Shown: in pieces, positions 50,201 through 60,000 of the stretch | Numbering within the stretch: the first letter of the stretch is position 1 | Layout: every line of letters begins with the position of its first letter | Assembly: GCA_038087875.1 (NCBI GenBank) | Contig: CM075992.1 | Coordinates: forward strand, 2,854,001 to 2,914,000 | Length of the DNA stretch: 60,000 nt | DNA from: Malacoraja senta | Taxonomy: Eukaryota | Direction of reading: 5' to 3' | Notes under the pieces: generated by a model | The model's database searches: none | The model's input: only the letters and a program-made list of their open reading frames with translations | What the model was told of the DNA's origin: nothing | Program-made: the position numbers and the translations under genes

Positions 50201-52943
50201 CATCACACTGTAGCTGAAGTCCTTTATGTCAGACAAGGTGTGAATAGATCCCAAACTTTTTGTTTGAGGGAGGAAGTGCAGATGCTGGTTTAAACCGAAC
50301 ATAGACACAAAACGCAGCAGTTCAGGCAGCATCTCCGGAAGTGGCGTTTCGGGTCAGGACCCTTTAAGACCTTTTGTTTCCAATTTTCTGCTAACTCCTG
50401 CTGGATTTATGACCATTTGACCACTCCCCCCCCCCCTCCCTCCCCCACAGAAGGTGGTTGGGAAGGTGAAATGGGTAAAGTTGTCAAAATAGTTCATGGT
50501 AAGCATCACGCGGAATCTTTTTTTTTTTTTTTTTTTAAATAAATGCTGGGAATTATGGAATAACAATTTTCATTACATTGTGACCTCTTGAGCAGGTCCC
50601 TGGAAAGACTGTCTCCAGGTTTTAGAAGACGGCCACAGATCCAATGGAATTTATCTAATCAAACCAAAAAATGTCAACCAACTGATGCAGGTGTGGTGTG
50701 AACAGCAGAAGGAAGCTGGTGGTTGGACAGTCATCCAGAGGCGCCAAGACGGGTCGGTCAATTTTTTTAGGACTTGGGAGAATTATAAGGTTAGTTAAGC
50801 AAGTGTCAAGTATATTGGTCTTGGGTCCATCTCTAGAAGCAAGTATTATGATCAATTGATGGGTAGGTGTGTCAAGGATTTTCTACCCAGTAATTAATGA
50901 CTATGACAAAACTTGCTCTTTAAAAATAAGAGAGAAAATAATCCAAATTACTTAAATTTATTTTCATTGAGAGGTGGTGACAGAGACCTTGTATAGGAAA
51001 TGGATTTAGTTTAGGTGGCTGGACATATTTAGATTCGGAGTTGTCCAATATAGTCACTGGCTCTTTGGCCCATTCCACATGTACAAATTCCACACGCTTG
51101 CAGGACATTGGGAGGGGAAAAGACGACATCAAGACCCATGTTGAAGTGTATAAAGATTCAAGTGTTGTACCAGTAAATAGATAGGTTTGACAATGAGCCT
51201 CAATGCTGTTTTTCTTAAAATATTAATACTGAATAGTGAAGTACTGCAAATTGAAAAATTGAAACTAAGTAAACTATCTACACTGGACGAATGACCTGCG
51301 GATTAGAATCGATGTGTGCGATTGCCTTTTAAAGAATCCAAAATGGGCGGCACGGCGCCCTAGTGGTAGAGCTACTGCCTTACAGCGCCGGAGACCCGGT
51401 TTGATACTGACTATGGGTGCTTGTCTGTACGCAGTTTGTACGTTCTCCCCGTGACCAGTGTGGGTTTTCTCCGAGATTTTCGGTTTCCTCCCACACTCCA
51501 AAGATGTACAGGTTTGTACAAAAATTATACACACACACCATTTTTTACGACTAAACAATCCGTTTTCATTTGCAGCAAGGCTTTGGGAACATAGATGGCG
51601 AGTACTGGCTCGGCTTGGAGAACATCTACTGGCTGACAAATCAGGATGACTACAAACTCCTCGTCCTCATGGACGATTGGCAAGGGAGGAGAGTGTTTGC
51701 CGAGTATGATAACTTCTACCTGGAGTCAGAGAAAGATTTCTACAGGTTGCGACTAGGCCACTATCGTGGGAATGCTGGAGACTCCTTATCATGGCACAAC
51801 AACAAGCAATTCACCACACTGGACAGAGACAGAGACCAATACACAGGTAGGGTCTTCTCTGCAGTTAGAGCACACAGCCAAAGATTAACCAAAAAGGAGG
51901 CTCCTTTCAAAAAACATAAGCCCGAGTTGATATTTTAGTACAGCTGCCAATGACTTGAGTGTTCGTCTGTTATAACAATTACCTGTAAAATTACCCACTC
52001 CTGTAATGAAATAGACTACAAAAATGAGTGATAAGTTCTATTATACCTACATTTCAGTAACACCTTCCAAAATGCTTTACAGCCAATTAAATACTTCTCT
52101 TAAATATGTACCAAACATGCAGCCAACTGTTGCACTCTGGGCTCCTAACAATCCCAGTGTTACGATTGAGGACTTAACATTAGTAGTACAGTAGACTCTT
52201 CTGTCCCTCACACCTACTCTTTAAATATAAACTTTAAATGGAAAATTACTTGTATTATAAATATAAAATTTGAATATAGCATTTATTCTATGTCCTAACT
52301 ATAAGACTTTTTTTTTAAATATCTTTAAAAGTAAAATGTATTCTATGTCTGCAACTTTAGGTGGAGCTTTCAAAACTGAGAATCTATCTCATCTCTATTT
52401 GAGTTTGACATTGAACAATGCTGGTTTACACTGAAGATCAACACAAAATGCTGGAGTAACTCTGTGGGCCACGCAGCATCTCTGGAGAAAAGCAATGGGT
52501 AATGTTTCGAGTCGATGAAATCTGATGAAGGGTCTCAACCCGAAACAACATCTATTCCTTCTCTCCAGAGATGCTGCCTGACCCGCTGAGTTACTCCAGC
52601 ATTTTGTGTCTATCTCTAAAATTTCAGTAACCTTAGCATGAATAAACGTTTTCTAGTCTTACTCCAGGTTATCTAAGCTATTCACGTTGAGGATGTATTT
52701 GAATGAATTCTTCAGTACACTATTGCTTTGATCAATATCATTCTATTATCGTTAATAGGTAACTGCGCCCATTACCAGAAAGGAGGTTGGTGGTACTACA
52801 CCTGTGCTCACTCAAACCTGAATGGAGTATGGTACAAAGGAGGGCACTACCGCAGCAAGTACCAAGATGGCGTTTACTGGGCTGAATTCCGTGGAGGAGC
52901 CTATTCTTTAAAGAGAGTAGTGATGATGATGCGTCCAAGCTAG
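43606..52943 (+). CDS. ANGPTL6: Angiopoietin-related protein, ANGPTL6-type (signal peptide, coiled coil, fibrinogen C domain); 5 coding exons, about 493 aa after correcting one frameshift
   Basis: RCTYTFIVPQQKLTGAIC, LRKESRNMNSRV, VWCEQQ..GGWTVIQRRQDG, GDSLSWHN, DRDRD, FRGGAYSL, plus an intron after the coiled coil, favour ANGPTL6 over ANGPTL1/2. Confidence 0.8.
44356..44827 (-). mobile_element. CR1 LINE 3' fragment in an ANGPTL intron
   Basis: Near-identical to the 3' end of the 33.4-35.0 kb element. Confidence 0.85.
47830..48022 (+). CDS. ANGPTL6: ANGPTL linker exon: EAEQIALVTITGNSLNGSSNKSKAPGSGNEILRDQIYRMTQDRLKRMEQSPPTTVPLVTTTKSSG
   Basis: aagcag NAGNAG acceptor (start could be 47827), CAG/gtaagt donor, NEIxRDQ motif, phase 0/1. 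Confidence 0.8.
50596..50789 (+). CDS. ANGPTL6: ANGPTL fibrinogen-domain exon (194 bp): GPWKDCLQVLEDGHRSNGIYLIKPKNVNQLMQVWCEQQKEAGGWTVIQRRQDGSVNFFRTWENYK
   Basis: gagcag acceptor, gttagt donor; fibrinogen-related domain motifs. Confidence 0.93.
51576..51846 (+). CDS. ANGPTL6: ANGPTL fibrinogen-domain exon (271 bp): QGFGNIDGEYWLGLENIYWLTNQ...DRDRDQYTG
   Basis: ttttcatttgcag acceptor, gtaggg donor; lies within ORF 51570-51938. Confidence 0.94.
52759..52943 (+). CDS. ANGPTL6: ANGPTL last coding exon: NCAHYQKGGWWYYTCAHSNLNGVWYKGGHYRSKYQDGVYWAEFRGGAYSLKRVVMMMRPS*
   Basis: taatag acceptor; TAG stop at 52941-52943. Confidence 0.94.
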
Positions 52944-53270
52944 TCATCGATGTAACATATTCATATATTGGATTGCAATCATATATAGAATATAATCAAT
53001 AACTATTATTGATGGGCACCTCTTTATACTTTTAAAATACCATGTTATAAGCAAAGATACAGACAATATAACTACCAAGTTAAAGAATAATCTCTTAAGA
53101 CAAAAGCAGACCCAAATCTTTCAGGGAGTAACCTCTAACAGGCTGAATGTACCAGTGGTCTATATGCTGCTTGCTCTTTGTGGTCTGTGACTTTTATTTA
53201 TGAAGCTATTTTTGGTACAATGAAAAGCATGCTCCTCTGTGTGTATGTAGGAACACAGCTCCTCCCATTG

Positions 53271-53276
53271 AATAAA
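53271..53276 (+). terminator. Candidate polyadenylation signal AATAAA for the ANGPTL gene
   Basis: AATAAA about 330 nt after the stop, in an AT-rich 3' UTR. Confidence 0.4.
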
Positions 53277-54402
53277 TCATTTTCCATAAATACATCATTT
53301 TGATGTACCAAGGAATGACTGTATTAAAGCGGTAAAGCAGCACAACTATTTTTCTGCTGCACATGGTGAGTGAATTATACAAAGTGTCAGGAACCAGAAC
53401 CCGAACACAAGTCTGACAGCACGATGTAGTAGAACCACATCTTTAACACGAGAGAATGTCAAAGACAGTTAGTGAAGCTGGTGGACCCAATCAAACATGG
53501 CAGACCAAAGGCCTTCTGTTGTTGTCGTGCATTACATCATTAACATGGAATATCATGAAGCAGGGGAAAATAAATCACAAATTTTGCAGCATTAAGAATT
53601 TAATTTTTCATTTTAGGTTTGTTCAAAATTGAAATAGCCAAGGGCATCACTAGGGTTAGATTGTGGTACATGGAAATCTGTAACCGGGAACCGCCATTAG
53701 GAAAGACTCAGACAGTAAAAACAGTATTGAAATGTTGCGAGGACTAGAATTAGATATAGATGTCCATTCCGGACCTGGAACTGCTGTCAAAGCAACAATT
53801 CCTTATCTCTTGGACTGGATCCTAGCAAAACATTAGAGCCACTGCAGCAGCACATGGCAGCAAAGTTTGCCTCATATCGTTCAAAAAGCACAAGGTGGAA
53901 TGACCAACATCTTTCTCACAACCTAAAATAGAGTCTGGGTATCCTTCAAATGTAAAGACAATTGGAAGGTTAAAAAGCCTCTCTCCAACCAACACAACTG
54001 CAGATCCTCTATATGGATGCATTTTATTGTGCCTCTCTTAAGCAAAACAAAACTTTTCACTGTACCTGGAAATAATAAACTAAACAAGATTTGTGGAACA
54101 AAGGAGATCACTCGGCCTCTCTACAGTTCTGCCATTTGCTTAGATCACAGCTGATCTATATCATAAACTCATCAATCTTAATTCTATAATCCTTAACACA
54201 TTAAGATCAATATATTTTCATTGAGGTTTTCACTTGATACCATTTTTTGGTGGGGAATAGATCTAATTCCAAAATGTTTCCTCATTCTGTACTTACCCAG
54301 CAGGGCAGATTGTTAACTTCCAACTGCAATACTTTACTCATCTTAAACATTTCATTTTAATCACCCCAAAACCTTCTGCTCAGCAGCCCATATGATTCAA
54401 TG

Positions 54403-54679
54403 GGTAGCACGGTGGTGCAATGATGCAGTTGCTACCTTACAGCACCAGAGGCCCAGGTTCGATCCTCACTACGGGTGTTGTCTGTAAGTTCTACCTGTGA
54501 CAGTGTGGGTTTTCTCCGGTTTCCTCCCACACTCCAAAGACGTACAGGTATGTAGGTTAATTGGCTTGGTATAACTGTAAATTGTCCCTAGTGTGTGTAG
54601 GATAGTGTTAGTGTGCTGGGATCGCTGGTCAGCGCGGACTCAATGGGCCAAAGTTTCTATGCTGTATCTCTAAACTAAA
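54403..54679 (+). mobile_element. HE1-like SINE
   Basis: A/B boxes, V-domain and tail. Confidence 0.8.
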
Positions 54680-56730
54680 CAAACCATCCTTAACATTAAT
54701 ACAATTACGTTTAAAATACATTTGGACAGGCATCCAGATAGACACATTTGCAGGAATATGGTCAAAACAGGAGCAATGGGACTAACTCGGATCAGTAACT
54801 TGGTTGGTATGGATGAATTAGGCTGCAGGGTCTGTTGTGATGCTGTATAACTCTATGAAGATGACTAGCTGTTTAGGTTAAACCTGAATAGAGGTCCAGG
54901 CAAATATCATTCAACCTCTTGAATTCCCGACATGAAACATCTTCCATTAAGTCTGAAAATGGAGCTTGACCTGAAAACATGTCTGTCCCTTTCCCTCCAC
55001 CGATGCTGCCTGAACAGTGATTTTGTTCAAGTTTCCAACTTCTGAGGTCTTTTTAAATCAAGTTGTCTTTCAATTCTGGTTGCTATCACCAGCCTGTTAA
55101 TTGTTAATGTAGGAAGAATGGTTCTCGACCCGAAACATCAGGAAGGATCTCAACACAAAACATCACCCATTCCTTCTATCCAGAGATGCTGCCTGTCCCA
55201 CTGAGTTACTCGAGCATTTTGTGTCTATCTTAATTGTTAATGTAAACTTACACTTCTAAACTCTGTGCAAACAGACCACTGTAAATAGGTGAACAAAAGC
55301 ATTGTGCTGTAACTTAAGATCAAAGATGTGCGAGGCAATTAATTAATTTTCAGCGAGAGACCAAGTCACACGCACAAGAAAGTAACCTGGATTATTTGAC
55401 TCGACAGCTATTTTTAAACTGGATGCAAATGAAGATAGCACCTCACTTCAAATATAGATTCCTGTACTTCCCCAGAGATCACAGCCATACCTCTGCACTG
55501 GGTTACAATTAGATTCAACCGCTGTAACTCCAATCTGCTGTTAAGTTGCTTAATGTTAAAGAAACTCTCACCCCAACTTGAAAGCAGCTGATTCCTGCTA
55601 AGTCTATTGGTGTATAGCATTTTCTGTTTGTAACAAAAGTTATTAACACTCAGGTCAGGCAGCACCTGTGGAAAGAGAAACAGCATTTCTGGTCTGGGAC
55701 CATTCAATACTGGGTAAGAGAAAAACTTGGATTTGAGGAAGCAGAGCAGGACTAGTTAAAAGAAGGGAACATCCTGGCATCAAGCCTGGACATTGTGGCT
55801 CAAAGAGACATTTTGTGCTGTACTGTTCATGTTCCATCTCTATGGCCATGATCCAATGTGGCCATTATGGAAAAGTGAAGATCAGACTAAACTTCTTAGT
55901 CTGTACAATATGCTGATAATGTAAAGCGAGACATGCTAACAGGCCAACTATACCTCATGAAAAATAATGCATTGGAGCTGGTTGCCATGGTCAGGGACAA
56001 ATTCCCTTTAATGCTTCTTCCTGCTTGCAAACTATCTTCGGTTTAAACCAGCATCTGCAGTTCTTTCCTACACATACCCAGTAGCACTCGAGCGTCTCCA
56101 TTCTTCTTGAAAATAATCCCAACTTTGATCGGAAGTACAGGCTTCCAGATGATTAATCACTCGGGTTGTCTGAAGAATGTTGCATCTGAACATGGAACAC
56201 ACAACTTTGCCAATAAAATGAAATTGTGCACAGGTGAGCATGGTGGGTGTGAAAGAGGTAAACATCACTTGGAGGAGTTGGCTTCACATCCTGTTCCTAT
56301 AATTTCCCCATGTTTCTTTCTTCATCCTGAATCATACCACATGGCCACGATTACATAATGGAAACTATAAACCGACACTTAAAGGCGCCACATGCCTGTA
56401 CAATATATTTTTTTCGTTAATGGCAACCTCCTGCTAAGAGTTTCAAAGTCAAAGACTTCTGAGAACCATTAAGCTCTTGAACACATAAATACCATTATAC
56501 AACAAATTTGTAAAATGCAAGTTTATATAGAAGACAAAATAGCCAGACTAAACTGCTGGATATACAGTACTCCCACTGTGCATGAGAACAGGGAAGGCTG
56601 CATATTCTGTTGTGTTGCTGCAAGTAAGAATTTCATTGTTCTATCTGGGACATATGACAACAAAAGACTCTTGACTTTTGAACTGGGCAAATTGGTGGGT
56701 GCTGAGGGGAATCTTTTGATATACCATTTT

Positions 56731-57228
56731 GTCAATTGAGGGAGTGCAGTGTAGGTTTACAAGGTTAATTCCTGGGATGGCAGGACTGTCATATGCTGAG
56801 AGAATGGAGCAGCTGGGCTTGTACACTCTGGAGTTTAGAAAGATGAGAGGATATCTCATTGAAACACATAAGATTGTTAAGGGTTTGGACATGCTAGAGG
56901 CAGGAAACATGTTCCCGATGTTGGGGGAGTCCAGAACCAGGGGCCACAGTTTAAGAATAAGCCATTTAGAACGGAGACGAGGAAACACTTCTTCTCACAG
57001 AGAATGGTGAGTCTGTGGAATTCTCTGCCTCAGAGGGCGATGGAGGCAGGTTCTCTGGATGCTTTCAAGAGAGAGCTAGATAGGGCTCTTAAAAATAGCA
57101 GAGTCAGGGGATATGGGGAGAAGGCAGGAATGGGGTACTGATTGGGGATGATCAGCCATGATCACATTGAATGGCGGTGCTGGCTTGAAGGGCCGAATGG
57201 CCTACTCCTGCACCTATTGGCTATTGTC
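56731..57228 (+). mobile_element. CR1 LINE 3' fragment in a RALGPS intron
   Basis: [24 protein letters not shown]... peptide and tail. Confidence 0.85.
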
Positions 57229-57728
57229 AAACATAATGTAGGGATTTTACTGTGGAACAATTGTTTTGTTTTTCCATACTCTTTAAATCCACATTAACTG
57301 TACAACATAGAATAGAATTTTGTCACCACACCAAGAACACAAATAACTGCCTCCAAACACACTCAGAAAACTCATTTGCACATAGTATCAAGTTTACAAG
57401 AAGATAATTACTGTTCACAAGACCCAACAAGCAAAAGCTTTGATAGTTTGTAATTTGATTTGTAAATCTGATCTTATTCATGTCTTACCATTTAAGATAG
57501 CAATACTTCAAAGTCAAACATTCATCTGCAAGCTTTAATTAGGAAGGGCCACAGCCACCACCCAAGGGAGGCCTCGGTGTGGCTAAATCTAATCTCCGTG
57601 GTTTACTTCAGATCAGCTGGGGTGAAGACAGGGCCAAGTAAAAAGTCAAAAATAAAATGCATTAAAGCAGGCAAAATTGCAATCCCTGAAGAATCAGCCT
57701 CCTGAAAGAGACCTGAAATCAGACTCAC

Positions 57729-57855
57729 CCAAATATGGGATGCATGGTTTATTTCTCAAGCAGCTGATGTAAGTTCTTAGTTGCTTGTAATTGTCTTCTT
57801 TGGACATCAACGTCTCCAGTTTCTCAAATGTAGCCTTATCTTTCCTGCTCAGCAA
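57729..57855 (-). CDS. RALGPS-family RasGEF exon (127 bp): [43 protein letters not shown]
   Basis: ctttaactgtag acceptor, gtgagt donor; matches RALGPS1/2 LLx[18 protein letters not shown]...PxIPYLG; absent from the ORF track. Confidence 0.92.
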
Positions 57856-59093
57856 CTACAGTTAAAGAACAAAACAGGACTTTACTGCAACATCTTCTTG
57901 CACGTTAAGAGAAAGATTGTTTGCACTTTTCTAATCACCAGCACCATTATTATTTTTAGTATCAACTGGTTAGGGCATCCAGCACTGATTGTAATACTCC
58001 AATCTTCCCCACAGACCTGTCAATCTCCACAATCCCAGTGCCCTTCCAACTCTTTTGTTACATTATTACATCAATCTCAAACTAATCTCACAGCCACACT
58101 TGCTCTCCAAAGCGCTGTATATATCCAAAACAAATCATCACCACCTCGCTACCTCACCTTAGTTTTACACCAATACAAATTAATCCCACAGATCCATTCT
58201 GTCCAAAGCCCTGTATTAACCCCAAGATACCAATGTCCCATCCTTTCACCACAATCATTTATCATTCCACGAGTGCCACTACCCTTTAAAACAGTCTTGT
58301 GCAAGCCATGAGGACATTTAATGTGTTATTTTGGTCAGTCAGTGGATAGCCACACGAGAAGCAAATTCAAGTTGAAATTATATACAAACAAAACCACTGA
58401 ATAAACTGAGCAAATTCAAAGACATAACATTGGTGGGCTTAATGATTCTGAAAACTAATAATAGGCTGTAGTGACTGCCCAAACAAAATTAATGAATCTT
58501 GTTGTTTTTTTTTAATATAGTTTAATTAGCAAACCAGATTTCTTCTGTCACTTCTACTAACTATAGATTACAATTTATTTTCATTAGCGGCACAGATATC
58601 AGGAATCGTTGTCAGATCCCAGCATCTCTCAATCTTGCTTTGAAATTATCAAGAGCCTTTCCAATAATAAAACTTTAAAAGTTTGAAATATTTAACTCAG
58701 GTAACATGTACAAAGAGAGAAATTAACATTTTCAGTCAATGACCTCACATCATGCTGGAGTCTAGGTGGACAGGTATCCTTGGAGAACAAAAGCAGTGAA
58801 TTAAACAATAATCTGTAATATCTCCAGTTTCAGAAGTCACTAGTCAGAAATATTATTTTTCTTTTCCACAAATGCCACCCATTGAGTATCGCAAGTATAT
58901 TCTGTTTAAACCTTGCAATTCCACCAGCATCTACTATTGATGTACCACTAATGCATGTTAGATCTGCATTGAAGAGATACCACACAAGGCCATAAGACAA
59001 CATTCTCAGCATGGTACACTTCAGCAATGCAGAAGCTCTCGTGAAAAAAAAAATTTGAATCAAGAAACTCAAAAAAAATGTCCCTTCACTTGC

Positions 59094-59186
59094 CATCCAT
59101 GTTTTTGACAGCCTGAATATTGGTGTGCTTTGTAAAGCTGAGATGACCGCCATCAAGCCATGTAGATTATTGAGTTCCTGCAGTTT
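59094..59186 (-). CDS. RALGPS-family RasGEF (CDC25) exon (93 bp): [31 protein letters not shown], with a GC donor
   Basis: gttgcag acceptor; ATG/gcaagt donor; homologous to RALGPS1/2 KLxELNNLHxLMxVVSxLQSAPIFRLTKTWA. Confidence 0.9.
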
Positions 59187-60000
59187 CTGCAACATGAACA
59201 AATATTTACATAATGTTTTTCATAATCTCAGAACAAATACTCAATAAAACAATTGGAAGGCTAGTAGAAACAAAGAATTGCAGGTGCTGGTTAAAAAGAC
59301 ACAAAGAGCTGGAGTAACTCAGAAGGGCAGGTCCCCTCTCTGGTGAACATGGATAGTTGATGTTTTGGGTCGAGGAGTGCCTTGATCTGAAATTTCACCT
59401 ATCCATATTCTCCAGAGATGCTGCCTGTCATGCCTCCAGCACTTAATGTTCTTTTGTCTAATTGGAAGGCTAATTTCCATTTGTTGCCTTTTTCCCCCAT
59501 TCACGGAATTCACCAAAAACCATTCCACAAATGACCAGGCACCAGCCCCATGCCAAATTCCCATTATTCCCAACCCTTGGGTCAATGGTGTAAATCTGCA
59601 CCTGGTTTTACATTGTTGAATACTGCCAGCTGTTACTTGATAGCAAAGTGATGGAGTGAGATTACAAATAGACACAAGCTGTTCCATTCCCAGAGTCCAC
59701 TCTCAAATTGCAACCATAACAATATCCATTCAGCTATTGATCCGAGGTGCTGAGCTTCTGCGCTCCATTACATCTGACCTTTCCATAAGATCTATATAAT
59801 TTCAAATAGGTTTACCTTTTTTATGACATGTGGTCCAAGAGAATGAAGAATGGCTCTGCTCAGACTTGTGCAATGGGCTTAGTTCAATTTATTCTCCCAA
59901 ACCTGGCACACCTTCCATTTCATTATCTTCTAATGACAACGTACAAGGGCACAGATAAATGTGGGAGTGGGATGGTTAATTCCAATGGCAGCAACTGGAT

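Noticed and set aside
43606..52943. Calling the gene ANGPTL1, ANGPTL2 or a pseudogene
   Set aside because: Nesting suggests ANGPTL1/2, but the diagnostic residues and extra intron favour ANGPTL6; a single homopolymer indel with otherwise intact exons does not justify pseudogene status.
56068..56190. Possible further RALGPS exon with a gtatgt donor
   Set aside because: No similarity to the expected GIYL.DL.YID exon, and it stops in the required phase.
57781..58311. 176-aa plus-strand ORF
   Set aside because: Antisense to a RALGPS exon and intron, with no recognisable domain or splice support.

Overview
Vertebrate genomic DNA. The repeat landscape (HE1/V-type SINEs, CR1/HER1 LINEs, Rex1, Penelope-derived elements) points to a cartilaginous fish, probably a skate or ray (inference). 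Left of a 199-N gap (40065-40263) lies most of a minus-strand AK5-type two-domain adenylate kinase gene. It also has candidate internal start exons that would give AK1/AK1beta-like single-domain isoforms, and a candidate alternative terminal exon. Right of the gap is a complete plus-strand angiopoietin-like gene with ANGPTL6-type residues and intron pattern. It lies antisense, immediately 3' of the RALGPS exon that precedes the ANGPTL-hosting intron, which suggests a third RALGPS/ANGPTL nested pair. Both genes carry a single +1 G homopolymer frameshift, probably an assembly error. Introns are packed with SINEs, LINE fragments and short hammerhead-motif-bearing Penelope derivatives. They also hold CA-rich satellites and a 2.3-kb minisatellite built from an amplified splice-donor junction. 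Gene identities come from recalled protein sequences, not from a database search, and repeat boundaries are approximate.
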